DNA of 64,000 bases from Candidatus Cloacimonadota bacterium (GCA_963667145.1 OY762943.1:49576-113575); one strand, 5' to 3'. Positions 38,085-48,124 are shown, counted from the first letter of the stretch. Numbers and translations are program-made. Notes: generated by a model from the letters alone, not told the origin.

Positions 38085-38313
38085 GTTCTTTCCCTTTGAG
38101 TGACCAAAGCGAAAGAACCAAAGGTAAATTCAAAATCCTAAGCCTCGCCTCTAAAATATTCAACTCCTTCGCATTATTGTAAACTCAACCTGTGAAGTCC
38201 GAGAAGCAATTTGTTAGAGAGACGACAGGTATCGCACAATAATTGACTTCAGTCGTTTTCTATTTTCACGAGGCTCAACTTGAAGGATTTGTAGCCACCC
38301 CGAGCGAAGCACT
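38085..38313. repeat. structured dispersed repeat, element A copy 2
   Basis: Core 38130-38313 matches 17156-17343. Terminal hairpin GTTCTTTCCCTTTG-agtgac-CAAAGCGAAAGAAC. Confidence 0.9.
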
Positions 38314-38324
38314 TTTTGTGCTGT

Positions 38325-38403
38325 GGATTCCCGCTTCCGCGAGAATGAGGAGTGCTTAAACTTCTTGCTATTCTAATCCTCATGCCCGTGAAAGTGTGAA
38401 TCC
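38325..38403. repeat. inverted pair of REP/dRS3-like units
   Basis: GGATTCCCGCTTCCGCGAGAATGAG ... CTCATGCCCGTGAAAGTGTGAATCC; shares exact 18-nt and 11-nt blocks with 17633-17682. Confidence 0.75.
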
Positions 38404-38558
38404 ATTCTTTCTTCCTTTCCCCAAAATTATCACTTATCCATTTTCAATTATCAATTGCCTCTTGTTTTATTTCCTTGCCAAATTTTTAAGAATTACGATT
38501 TTGACTGTAACGAATTTAGTTCAACAGAAAGAAGTATAATTGTATATAGGAGAGAGAA

Positions 38559-40469
38559 ATGGGGCTTAGTATTGCACAGAAAATCATCAAAAATCATATT
38601 TTGCATGGAGAGGAAAAAATCGGGAATGAAGTCAGCTTGAGAATCGACCAAACGCTTACTCAGGATGCCACTGGCACGGTTGCGTATTTGCAGTTTGAGG
38701 CAATGGGAGTGAAGCGTGTAAAGACCGAATTGTCCGTTAGTTACGTTGACCACAACACCATTCAATCCGATTTCCGCAATGCTGATGATCATCGCTATTT
38801 GCAATCCATCGCCGCGAAATACGGTTTGCATTTTTCTCGTCCTGGCAACGGAATTTGTCATCAGGTGCATTTGGAAAGATTTGCTGTCCCTGGCAAAACT
38901 CTCATCGGTTCGGACTCGCACACGCCCACAGCTGGAGGAGTTGGTTCACTGGCTATGGGAGCAGGTGGATTGGACGTCGCCATGGCTATGGCTGGTGAAG
39001 GTTTCAACATCAAATATCCAAAAATCTTGGGAATCGAGCTTACAGGGAAATTGCCTGATTGGGTCAGTGCCAAAGACGTTATTTTGGAGGTACTTCGCAG
39101 GATTGACGTGAAAGGTGGAGTTGGCTACATCATCGAATATTTCGGCGATGGAGTGAAAACCCTGAGTGTCCCTGATAGAGCGACTATCACCAACATGGGC
39201 ACGGAAACTGGTTGCACCACTTCGATATTCCCGTCGGATGAAGAGACCAAGAATTTTTTGATCGCACAAGGTAGAGGCAATCAGTGGGTGGAATTGTTGC
39301 CTGACGCTGATGTTAGCTACGACAAGATAATCAAAATTGATTTGAGCGAGTTGGAGCCGTTGGCGGCTTGTCCGCATAGTCCGGGATTGGTTAAGCCTGT
39401 GTCGGAATTGGCAGGAATGCAGGTGCAACAGGTTGGCATTGGTTCGTGCACGAACTCGTCTCTTCGCGATATGTCGGTTGTGGCTGACGTGCTGAATGGC
39501 AAGAGCGTCAGTGATAAGTTGCATTTGATATTGAATCCTGGCAGTCGTCAGGTGCTTGACCATTTGATAGAGGACGGAAAATTCGCTTCGCTGGTGCGTA
39601 GTGGAGCGAGGATTATGGAAAACGCTTGTGGTGCGTGCATCGGCATGGGTGCTGCTCCGTCCAGTGGAGCTGTGAGCGTGCGGACTTACAACCGCAATTT
39701 TTTTGGCAGAAGCGGTACGAAAGACGCCGATGTTTATCTTGTTTCTCCTGAGACAGCTGTTGCCACGGCAATCAAAGGCGAATTTACCGACCCACGAACT
39801 CTGGAGATGCCTTGTCCGCAATTCATTTTGCCCGAGAAGTTTATGATAAACGACAATATGATTATTCCGCCTCAGTCGGGGGAGAATGTGGAAATTTTGC
39901 GAGGTCCGAATATTGTGAAGCTACCCGAATTTGCTCCGTTGGATAGTGAACTAACTGGCAAGGTGCTTCTGAAGTTGGAAGATAATATCACCACCGACCA
40001 CATCATGCCTGCTGGAGCAAAGATTTTGCCCTTGCGTTCCAATATTCCTGAAATTTCCAAGCATGTGTTTGAAGTGGTGGACGAAACTTTCTCCGCAAGA
40101 GCGTTGGCTGAAAACGGAGGATTTGTATTGGCAGGGGAAAATTATGGTCAAGGTTCCAGTCGTGAACATGCGGCTCTTGCACCTAAATATCTTGGAATAA
40201 AAGCTGTTATAACCAAGAGCTTTGCCAGAATCCATCTTGCAAATCTGATAAATTTCGGCATTGTTCCGCTCACTTTTGCCAATCCTGAAGACTATGATAA
40301 AGTCTCTTTAAACCAAGAAATTTCCGTGTTGATTGGCGACTTGAAAGACGAAAAAATTTATATGAAGGTCGGTGACAAGAAAATTGAGCTTCGTCACACA
40401 TTGTCGGATTTGGACGCCGAGATATTAAAAGCTGGAGGCAAATTGGCGTGGGTGAAAGCGAAAAAATAG
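38559..40469 (+). CDS. aconitate hydratase
   Basis: DHNT, GNGICHQVHLE, GSDSHT, IGSCTN, CGACIGMG ([4Fe-4S] ligands), GQGSSREHA. Confidence 0.92.
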   Translation: MGLSIAQKIIKNHILHGEEKIGNEVSLRIDQTLTQDATGTVAYLQFEAMGVKRVKTELSVSYVDHNTIQSDFRNADDHRYLQSIAAKYGLHFSRPGNGICHQVHLERFAVPGKTLIGSDSHTPTAGGVGSLAMGAGGLDVAMAMAGEGFNIKYPKILGIELTGKLPDWVSAKDVILEVLRRIDVKGGVGYIIEYFGDGVKTLSVPDRATITNMGTETGCTTSIFPSDEETKNFLIAQGRGNQWVELLPDADVSYDKIIKIDLSELEPLAACPHSPGLVKPVSELAGMQVQQVGIGSCTNSSLRDMSVVADVLNGKSVSDKLHLILNPGSRQVLDHLIEDGKFASLVRSGARIMENACGACIGMGAAPSSGAVSVRTYNRNFFGRSGTKDADVYLVSPETAVATAIKGEFTDPRTLEMPCPQFILPEKFMINDNMIIPPQSGENVEILRGPNIVKLPEFAPLDSELTGKVLLKLEDNITTDHIMPAGAKILPLRSNIPEISKHVFEVVDETFSARALAENGGFVLAGENYGQGSSREHAALAPKYLGIKAVITKSFARIHLANLINFGIVPLTFANPEDYDKVSLNQEISVLIGDLKDEKIYMKVGDKKIELRHTLSDLDAEILKAGGKLAWVKAKK

Positions 40470-40912
40470 CAAGAGAAGAGAGTCAATTAGCGGAAGTTCG
40501 CTTGCTAAATAAAATCCTGAGCGACCCAGAAGCCAGCAAAATTTACAAGATTTTGAAGGCGGATTTTCAGGTTATTTATTCGCATTCACAGAGTTTGATG
40601 GGTTTGACCACAATTTGCCTAACCATCACAGGATTTTCTGGACCAAGGATTGCATCTTCTGGAGATTTCTCTCGTTATAGCATTGTTCTGGGTTTGTTTT
40701 TCGTGATTTTGTCCGTAATAATTTTGCTCATGGGACCGATTTATCCCAAGTGGATGAGTAGCCTCAAGGAGTTTGACCTCAACAAAGCTTTCACGATTTA
40801 TTTCAAGCGTCGTGACTCCCGAACTCGCAAATATCGCTTGGCTTTGATTAGCTTGGTTTTGGGCTTAAGTTTTTACATGGCAAGTTTATTGGGCTATTTG
40901 TTGTCGCTATAA
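40448..40912 (+). CDS. hypothetical 3-TM membrane protein
   Basis: 154 aa, LTITGFSGPRIA segment, three hydrophobic helices; overlaps the aconitase end. Confidence 0.65.
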   Translation: MGESEKIAREESQLAEVRLLNKILSDPEASKIYKILKADFQVIYSHSQSLMGLTTICLTITGFSGPRIASSGDFSRYSIVLGLFFVILSVIILLMGPIYPKWMSSLKEFDLNKAFTIYFKRRDSRTRKYRLALISLVLGLSFYMASLLGYLLSL

Positions 40913-40952
40913 TTTTTAAGATTTTTAATTATTTTATAAAAGTAGGTTAAGG

Positions 40953-42230
40953 ATGAAAGATTTGATTTTGAGTCTTCTTAGGCAAGAGGTGAAGCCTGCT
41001 GTGGGTTGCACCGAACCAGTGGCGATAGCTTTGGCATCAGCGAAAGCGAGGGAATTTTGCAAATCGGGCGATTTTGAGCAGATAGAATTGATTTTGAGTG
41101 CTAATATCTTCAAAAATGGCTTGGCTGTGGGGATTCCCAAAACGACATTGCGGGGTTTGGAAGTTGCTGCTTTGGTAGGATTTTGGCATGGTGACGCCAG
41201 TGCGGGTTTGGAAGTGCTGCACAGTGTTGACGAGAGCAAGTTGACTAAGATTGACGACTATTTAGCGAAAGTGAAGGTTGCTATCGCCGATACGGACAAA
41301 AAGGTGTTCGTTCGAGTTCGGGTAAAAAGTAGCGACGGGATATTTCAAGCGACAATAGCTGATTTGCATGACAAATTTATCGATTATGGTGATGTCAAAA
41401 ACCTGACTGTGTTGGAGGAAGAAACAGCGATAAATGACGGAGAGTGTGATAAGTTCGCCAAAATTTTTGAGTTGGATGTTTACGATTTAATTCAAGAGGT
41501 GGAGAAAATTCCTGCTTCGGAGATTTTGTTCATGTTGGACGGAGCGAAGATGAACGAAGCTGTGGCGAAAATTGGTTTGTCGCGTCGCTATGGAATGGGC
41601 GTTGGATACACGATTAAGAAGTTGGTGGAAGAGGGCAGGATTGGCAATCACTTGCCGATGATGGCGTCTGAGCTTACCGCTGCGGCTGCTGATGTGCGAA
41701 TGTCGGGTGCGGATATTCCTGTGATGAGTTCCAACGGCAGTGGCAACAACGGTCTCACGGCAATTCTTCCGCTTGTGGCTTATGCCAAGATTTACAATCC
41801 TGACCCTGAGAAGTTGGCGAAAGCCGTGGCGATTTCGCATTTGGTCAATTTCTACATCAAAAACAGCATTGGCAGATTGTCGCCGATTTGCTCGTGCGGA
41901 GTCTCTGCTGGAGCGTCCAGTTCTGCTGGATTGGTGTGGCTTATGGGAGGAAACCGAGAGCAGATAGAAGGTGCGGTGAAAAATGTTTTTGGGAATGTAG
42001 CCGGAATGCTCTGCGATGGTGCGAAGAATGGCTGTTCACTCAAGCTATCCACTGCTGCCTATTTCTCCGTTGCCAGTGCTTTGTTCGCTTCCAAGGGAAC
42101 TATCATCAAAGCAGGAGACGGAATAATAGCTGAATCACTTAGGCAAACCATTCACAATCTCGGCAAAGTGAGTAATCGCGGTTTGTTCGCAGCCGACAGA
42201 GCTATGATAGATGTGATGCAAGAGAATTAA
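40953..42230 (+). CDS. L-cysteine desulfidase / serine dehydratase alpha-like (CdsB/YhaM family)
   Basis: VKPAVGCTEP, MSSNGSGNNG, SPICSCG, GMLCDGAKNGC. Confidence 0.88.
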   Translation: MKDLILSLLRQEVKPAVGCTEPVAIALASAKAREFCKSGDFEQIELILSANIFKNGLAVGIPKTTLRGLEVAALVGFWHGDASAGLEVLHSVDESKLTKIDDYLAKVKVAIADTDKKVFVRVRVKSSDGIFQATIADLHDKFIDYGDVKNLTVLEEETAINDGECDKFAKIFELDVYDLIQEVEKIPASEILFMLDGAKMNEAVAKIGLSRRYGMGVGYTIKKLVEEGRIGNHLPMMASELTAAAADVRMSGADIPVMSSNGSGNNGLTAILPLVAYAKIYNPDPEKLAKAVAISHLVNFYIKNSIGRLSPICSCGVSAGASSSAGLVWLMGGNREQIEGAVKNVFGNVAGMLCDGAKNGCSLKLSTAAYFSVASALFASKGTIIKAGDGIIAESLRQTIHNLGKVSNRGLFAADRAMIDVMQEN

Positions 42231-42251
42231 TTTTAAATTTAGGGAGGAAGA

Positions 42252-43547
42252 ATGAAAAATAAATTTCTAACGGTTTTGTTTTTAATTTGTGTTTTTTCTC
42301 TTTTTGCTGCTAAATCACCAAGTACTGGAGAGCTTTTGGAAAAAGGTGTTGATGCTTTAAATAATAAAAATTATGCAAAGGCTCGCCGTATGTTTGAGAA
42401 ATCTGAGAAGATGGACGAAACAACCAAATCGACAGCTTGTTTGGCTCTGACACACTATTGGGAAGGCAATTATAGCAAGGCTTTGGAATTGCTTGGCAAA
42501 ATTGGAGATGAGCGAAAGGGCTATCCCTCTGTAGTTTTGCTTGAGGCGAAGTGCAATTACTATCTTGGAGAATATCGTCAGAGTTTTCGTTTGCTCAAAT
42601 CTCTGCGGGAGCAGGACAGTTGTGATGTGGACGTGAACATTTATCTGGGTTCGCTGTATGAGAAGTCAGGTAGTTTGTCCAATGCTGTTAAAGAGTATAA
42701 AATTGCTGAAAAGAAGAAGGACGACCCTTTCCAAATCTATTATCGATTGGCAGTTTGTTATAGCACTCTGAGTGCATTTAGCAGTTCGTTGGAATACTAC
42801 AAAAAAGCTATTAAGTTGGAACCAGATTTTTTCCCTAGTTATTATGACTTGGGAATAACTTATTACAGAATGGGTGATTATGACAAATCTATTTCTACGG
42901 GAAAAAAGTCGTTGGCATTTGCCAAAAATGGGACGGACAGTCTGAACGCATATTATGTTATGTGCTTGTCTGCCACAGAGTCAAAAGATACTGTTTCCAC
43001 AGATAAATATTTAAAATTGGCAACTCAAGTAAAAACTCTTAGCACCACTCCTGATTACGGTTTTAGTCTTTTTGCTGAACAAATGGGCAAGGACGATATT
43101 GCGTTGCACTTTTTCAATAAACTCTTGCAGAGCGAAAATAAGAAGATACTAAAATACACTTATGAAGGCTTGGGATATTTGTACATGCGGAGGAAAAAGT
43201 ATAAAGAAGCTTTGAGATATTATAAAATTTTGGTTAATAATTTTGAGATAGAGGATAAGTCTTTGAAGCAAATTTATGTTAATATGGGTGCTTGCTATAA
43301 GCGAGATGAAGAGATGGAAGATGGGGTGAAATATACCAAGAAAGCCTTGAAGATTGACCCGGAATATTGTGAGGCTTTGTATAATCTTGCTTGTTATTAC
43401 TCTCTGAAAAAAGAGAAATCCAAGATGCTGAAATATCTGAAGAAAGCTATAAAAGTGAACGCGGAATTTGTTAAAGATTATGCAAAGTCGGACGAGGATT
43501 TTTATGAATACAGAGCAGACAAAGATTTTTTGAAGTTGATTAGGTAG
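42252..43547 (+). CDS. secreted TPR protein
   Basis: Signal peptide, ~10 TPR-like repeats, C-terminal ALYNLACYYSL...AKSDEDF domain. Confidence 0.85.
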   Translation: MKNKFLTVLFLICVFSLFAAKSPSTGELLEKGVDALNNKNYAKARRMFEKSEKMDETTKSTACLALTHYWEGNYSKALELLGKIGDERKGYPSVVLLEAKCNYYLGEYRQSFRLLKSLREQDSCDVDVNIYLGSLYEKSGSLSNAVKEYKIAEKKKDDPFQIYYRLAVCYSTLSAFSSSLEYYKKAIKLEPDFFPSYYDLGITYYRMGDYDKSISTGKKSLAFAKNGTDSLNAYYVMCLSATESKDTVSTDKYLKLATQVKTLSTTPDYGFSLFAEQMGKDDIALHFFNKLLQSENKKILKYTYEGLGYLYMRRKKYKEALRYYKILVNNFEIEDKSLKQIYVNMGACYKRDEEMEDGVKYTKKALKIDPEYCEALYNLACYYSLKKEKSKMLKYLKKAIKVNAEFVKDYAKSDEDFYEYRADKDFLKLIR

Positions 43548-43561
43548 AAATAGAAAAAATT

Positions 43562-43981
43562 ATGATGAAACCTTTGAGAATATTATTTTTTTGTTCATGT
43601 TGTTTGTTTTTTTTCGGTTGTAAATATTCACTTTCCGCAGAAAATGAGGAATACACTTTTACAGCTAAAATTTATTTTATCAATAAATCTAGTAGGACAG
43701 GCTATTTCTTTTTAAATAGTGATTATTTTTTATTATCGAGTGAAGCTGATGATATGAAGCGTGTAAAAGTTAGCAGTGGCGATTCTTTATTGACTATATT
43801 TACTTGGAGTAGTGAAATCGAAGGAGATTATTATCGGAATTTATATGTTTATTGCAAGTATATGAGTTGGGATAAATTGGACGATAAAGTTTGGATAAAA
43901 GCAGATGCTATTACAAAAATTTACGTAACAGACGTTATTTCCGCTGAAGGCTATGCAACACCTAAATATTTTGATGAATAA
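43562..43981 (+). CDS. putative lipoprotein
   Basis: Short N-terminus with LFFFGC lipobox-like end; AT-rich. Confidence 0.6.
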   Translation: MMKPLRILFFCSCCLFFFGCKYSLSAENEEYTFTAKIYFINKSSRTGYFFLNSDYFLLSSEADDMKRVKVSSGDSLLTIFTWSSEIEGDYYRNLYVYCKYMSWDKLDDKVWIKADAITKIYVTDVISAEGYATPKYFDE

Positions 43982-44945
43982 GATTGTAATTCTAATTTTT
44001 CTTTTTGTCTTTTCTCTGCTATTTGCTTCAGAGGTTGATTCTTTGGAATTTTTTCAAGAAATCAGTGATAGTTTGCATATTGAGAAAATTGGGGAAGAAG
44101 AGGATTTATTTACTAGCAAAAGAATCTATGTTAATTATTCTGGTTATGTATCTGTGCTACATGTCGCAGGTTGGGATGGTTTTTCAGGTTGGGATGTATT
44201 AGAGGATAATTTAACAGATCAGAGATCACGATTTGAGTTTGGCTATAATTTTGGACCTGAATGGTGGAAACATTTTTCTATTTCTTATAGTCCTAATGAA
44301 GATTTATTTTCTGATTTTATGGGAGGTGGAAAGAGTTCATCTATAGAAGTTTATTCATTGGAAATGATTTTTGGAAAAAGTATAAAATATTTGCCTGAAA
44401 TTGTATATTGTGAAGAGAATTTTAAGGCTACAGGAGTTGTAACAGAAGCAAATAGGTTGTATAAAAGAGGAAATCTTTTAGCGGTTGGAGAGACTTTTGA
44501 TGCAGGATTAAAATTTTCTTATTTGGCCGCAGTTTGGAGTTTTTGGAAGTTTTTCTATGTTGGTATTGGAGAATCCCTTTTTGAATTTACTGGTAATAGA
44601 CTTATTAATGTTGATGTTTTTTATATGACAAAACATTACTCGGTAGCAGAAAATTTTGATTACGAAGGAGGGGTAGTTTTATGTGGGTTTCGAAACGATT
44701 TTCATGTTACAAAATATTTAACTTTTCCTGTAAACCTTGGTTTCATTGCTTCTACTGGCGTAGGCATTTATTACAAAACAGGGTATGAAGTAGGGGTACA
44801 GTGTAATTTTTACAAAGATTGCTATGTTAAGTATTGGATAGGATCTTATACATGGGAAATAAGTTCTTTTGATTTTGATAGTGAAATTGTTGATACAGAT
44901 AAGGGTACTACAACAGGTTTGGAGTTTTCAATAGGAATATATTGA
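43974..44945 (+). CDS. putative outer-membrane beta-barrel protein
   Basis: Signal peptide, alternating aromatic/Gly strands, C-terminal GLEFSIGIY beta-signal-like end. Confidence 0.6.
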   Translation: MNKIVILIFLFVFSLLFASEVDSLEFFQEISDSLHIEKIGEEEDLFTSKRIYVNYSGYVSVLHVAGWDGFSGWDVLEDNLTDQRSRFEFGYNFGPEWWKHFSISYSPNEDLFSDFMGGGKSSSIEVYSLEMIFGKSIKYLPEIVYCEENFKATGVVTEANRLYKRGNLLAVGETFDAGLKFSYLAAVWSFWKFFYVGIGESLFEFTGNRLINVDVFYMTKHYSVAENFDYEGGVVLCGFRNDFHVTKYLTFPVNLGFIASTGVGIYYKTGYEVGVQCNFYKDCYVKYWIGSYTWEISSFDFDSEIVDTDKGTTTGLEFSIGIY

Positions 44946-45001
44946 CAATGAGTGATTTCCCAAGATTGTATTGATAAATTGATTTTAAGGAGCAAAGATA
45001 G

Positions 45002-46222
45002 ATGAACAAGATAATTATGGCAAATCCGATAGTGGAGATGGATGGTGACGAGATGACTCGTGTGGTTTGGCCTATGATAAAGGACATTCTGATTAAGCCG
45101 TATGTGGAGCTGAACACGGAGTATTACGATTTGCACATCAAAAATAGGGACAACACGGATGACGAGGTGACTTTTGCGTCTGCTGAGGCTGTGAAAAAGC
45201 ACAAGGTTGGGGTGAAGAATGCGACGATTACGCCGAATGCCGCCAGAGTGAAAGAGTACGATTTGAAAAAAATGTGGAAGAGTCCGAACGGAACTATTCG
45301 GGCGATTTTGGATGGCACAGTTTTCCGCAAGCCGATAATCGTGGGCAATGTGCGTCCGTCTGTTCGTAGCTGGAAAAAGCCGATAATCATTGGGCGTCAC
45401 GCTTATGGCGACGTTTATAAGAACGCTGAGATTTTCGTGAACAAGCCTGGTAAGGCTGAGGTTGTTTTCACGGATGATAAAGGTGTGGAGACTCGGGAAC
45501 TGATTGTAGAGTTCGATGGCAAATCCACTGGCGTTTTGCAAGGAATGCACAATCTGACCGCTTCCATCACTTCTTTCGCTATCAGCTGTTTTGAGTATGC
45601 AATAGACCAAAAAGTCGATTTGTGGTTTTCGGCAAAAGATACGATTTCCAAGACCTACGATCATCACTTTATGGATGTGTTCCAAGAGTTGTATGACGAA
45701 AAATATCGCGAGAAATTTTCTGCTTTGGGCATAGAATATCGCTACTCTTTGATAGACGGTGCGGTTGCCAAAGTGATGCAGTCCGAGGGCGGAGTGCTCT
45801 GGGCTTGCAAAAATTACGATGGCGATGTGATGAGCGATATGTTGGCGTCCGCCTACGGCTCTTTGGCGATGATGAGTTCGGTGTTGGTGTCGCCTCACGG
45901 ATATTTCCTTTATGACGCTGCTCACGGCACGGTGCAAGATTTGTACTATTTGTACCTGAAAGGTGCGGAGGTCTCCATCAATTCCACGGCACTCATCTAT
46001 GCGTGGAGTGGTGCTTTGGGCAAGCGTGGTCAGTTGGATGGCAACGATGAGTTGGTTGATTTTGCTCGGAAGCTGGAACAAGCTGTCGTGCAGACTATAG
46101 AAGAAGGTGTGATGACTGGCGAATTAGCTCCGTTTGCAGAATCTGATAATCTCAAAGTCGTGAATGGCAAAGAGTTTTTGGAAGAAATAGGGAAGAGATT
46201 GGCGAGTTTGATGAATGTCTGA
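45002..46222 (+). CDS. icd: isocitrate dehydrogenase, type II (IDH1-like), predicted NAD-preferring
   Basis: MDGDEMTR, KNATITP, WKSPNGTIR, GRHAYGD, NYDGDVMSD, AAHGTV. Asp-Leu at the coenzyme determinant. Confidence 0.93.
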   Translation: MNKIIMANPIVEMDGDEMTRVVWPMIKDILIKPYVELNTEYYDLHIKNRDNTDDEVTFASAEAVKKHKVGVKNATITPNAARVKEYDLKKMWKSPNGTIRAILDGTVFRKPIIVGNVRPSVRSWKKPIIIGRHAYGDVYKNAEIFVNKPGKAEVVFTDDKGVETRELIVEFDGKSTGVLQGMHNLTASITSFAISCFEYAIDQKVDLWFSAKDTISKTYDHHFMDVFQELYDEKYREKFSALGIEYRYSLIDGAVAKVMQSEGGVLWACKNYDGDVMSDMLASAYGSLAMMSSVLVSPHGYFLYDAAHGTVQDLYYLYLKGAEVSINSTALIYAWSGALGKRGQLDGNDELVDFARKLEQAVVQTIEEGVMTGELAPFAESDNLKVVNGKEFLEEIGKRLASLMNV

Positions 46223-47072
46223 TAAATTGTTCGAGTGCGTCCCCAATATTTCTGAGGGACGAGACGCTTCTGTGGTTGAGGCAATTGCCAAGGCGATAGC
46301 TGATGCAGGAGCAAATTTGTTGGACTATTCCGCGGATATTGACCACAATCGCTCTGTTTTCACGATATCAGGTACAGAGCAAACCATAAAGAACGCAGTT
46401 CGCAGGATGATGGCTTTGGCTATAGATTTGGTGGATATGCGAACTCACGAGGGTGTGCATCCGTGCGTGGGTGCGTTGGACGTGTTGCCGATAGTTCCAT
46501 TGCAAGGTGCGTCAATGTTGGATGCTATTCGATTGATTAGGGAACTTGGCGAGATTTTGTGGCGAGAGTTTGCGGTGCCTTCTGTGGTTTACGATTATTC
46601 TGAAAACAGAAATAGACTGGCGAGTTTCCGCAAAAGTGGTTTCTGTGGTTTGCAAGATGGTAGCTACGATTTTGGTGATAAAAAACATTTCACAGCTGGA
46701 GCAACTGCGATTTCCGCACGTGACTTTCTGATAGCCTACAATGTCAATTTGCTTGGTGGAGATTTGGTTTTAGCCAAAAAAATTGTCAAAGCTCTGCGAG
46801 AGAGCAGTGGGGGATTGGTTGGAGTTAAAGCGTTGGGAATCTATTTGCCTCGGCAGGACATTGTGCAGGTTTCTATGAATTTGACCGACTACAAACAGAC
46901 CTCGATGCGACAAGTTTACGATGCGATTTGTGAGATGATTGCAGGAAAAAATATCGTTCCTCAATCTGAAGTGATTGGCTTAATCCCAGAAGATGCTGTA
47001 ACAAAAGAGGATGTTGAAGTGTTGGGATTGCAGGGAGTTAAGAAGTTGAGTTTGACAGGGGAATTAGTTTAA
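46215..47072 (+). CDS. ftcD: glutamate formimidoyltransferase
   Basis: ECVPNISEGRD, DHNRSV, H.GVHPCVGALDV, LIAYNVNL, QVSMNL. Confidence 0.88.
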   Translation: MSDKLFECVPNISEGRDASVVEAIAKAIADAGANLLDYSADIDHNRSVFTISGTEQTIKNAVRRMMALAIDLVDMRTHEGVHPCVGALDVLPIVPLQGASMLDAIRLIRELGEILWREFAVPSVVYDYSENRNRLASFRKSGFCGLQDGSYDFGDKKHFTAGATAISARDFLIAYNVNLLGGDLVLAKKIVKALRESSGGLVGVKALGIYLPRQDIVQVSMNLTDYKQTSMRQVYDAICEMIAGKNIVPQSEVIGLIPEDAVTKEDVEVLGLQGVKKLSLTGELV

Positions 47073-48124
47073 ATTATTTTCCAATGCCCTGTTTTGTCGC
47101 TTCCTACTCGCTCAATTTTTCCGTCTTCCTTTAGTTTTCTTAATCTTCTTTTTGCTGTGCTTAAGCTTATTTGTAAATTTTCGCTTATTTCGGTTGCTGT
47201 TATTTTGTTGTTTAATGTTATTAACTGAAGTACAGTGTCATTTGCAGTATTTATTTTTGAATATACAGTGTCGGATTTTGGTTTTATAGTTTCATTTTGT
47301 GTGTTTACAGTGTCAAATTTGACATGCATTTTCCTGTTTTTAAGCAAATTATTTTCACCAAGCAATAAGTTTGAGAGAAATTCAATCAGAAATTTTTCAG
47401 TTTTGTGAATTTTTTTGGATAAATCCTCATAGTTAGCTCTCACAAGTGCATTGCGGAAATACCATGAATGTTTTTCAAACAAATCATTGTCTACATTTTT
47501 AAAACCGAGTTTACGAAGATATTTAATAAGAAAAATTGCTGTTGTTCGTGTGTTTCCTTCTCCAAAAATATGAATTTGCCACAAATTGCTGACGAAATAC
47601 GCAATGTGTTCGATAATCTCTTTTTGATTTAATCCTTTGTAGCTGAATTTTTTTTCTTGTTCAAAGTCGAATTCTAAAGTTGCTTTTAAACTTTCGGCAC
47701 TTGCATATAGAACGGTTTCCCCGTTCAATATCCATTCTTTTTTTGTAATATTGTAATCGCGAATTTTACCCGCGTAGCTGTAGATATCTTGGAATAGTCG
47801 TCTATGAATAGTTAGATATTCGATTGGAGAAAATGTGAAAGTCTGTTCACTCAAAATTTCAACAATTCGTGCAGAGACCTTGTCAGCTTCTTCTGTCCTA
47901 TCTTTGCCTTCTCTTACAAAACTTTTCTTGTAATAATTGTTTATCAGGTTTTTTACTTCATAAATGGTTATATTTCCTTCGATATTTTGCTTAGCTTTTT
48001 CTAGCAAATAAACTGAAGGTGTTAGCCCATCTACTTTTTGCAATCCGATAGCAGTTTTCCAAATCTTTGCTTTTTCCGCTTTGGTCGGCTCGCTTTGTCT
48101 GATATATTCGTCGAAATTATACAT
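47069..48124 (-). CDS. Fic-domain protein with N-terminal VbhA-like segment and C-terminal HTH
   Basis: HIFGEGNTRTT Fic-like motif, AIGLQKVDGLTPS N-terminal segment, C-terminal ISLSTAKRRL HTH. Confidence 0.85.
   Translation of the reverse strand: MYNFDEYIRQSEPTKAEKAKIWKTAIGLQKVDGLTPSVYLLEKAKQNIEGNITIYEVKNLINNYYKKSFVREGKDRTEEADKVSARIVEILSEQTFTFSPIEYLTIHRRLFQDIYSYAGKIRDYNITKKEWILNGETVLYASAESLKATLEFDFEQEKKFSYKGLNQKEIIEHIAYFVSNLWQIHIFGEGNTRTTAIFLIKYLRKLGFKNVDNDLFEKHSWYFRNALVRANYEDLSKKIHKTEKFLIEFLSNLLLGENNLLKNRKMHVKFDTVNTQNETIKPKSDTVYSKINTANDTVLQLITLNNKITATEISENLQISLSTAKRRLRKLKEDGKIERVGSDKTGHWKII

Noticed and set aside
44846-46081. Long antisense ORFs (411 aa opposite icd; also 35537-36703, 28545-29606, 38946-39821, 12651-13532 and others)
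   Set aside because: They lie wholly opposite well-supported genes, have no recognisable motifs, and are typical codon-bias shadow frames.
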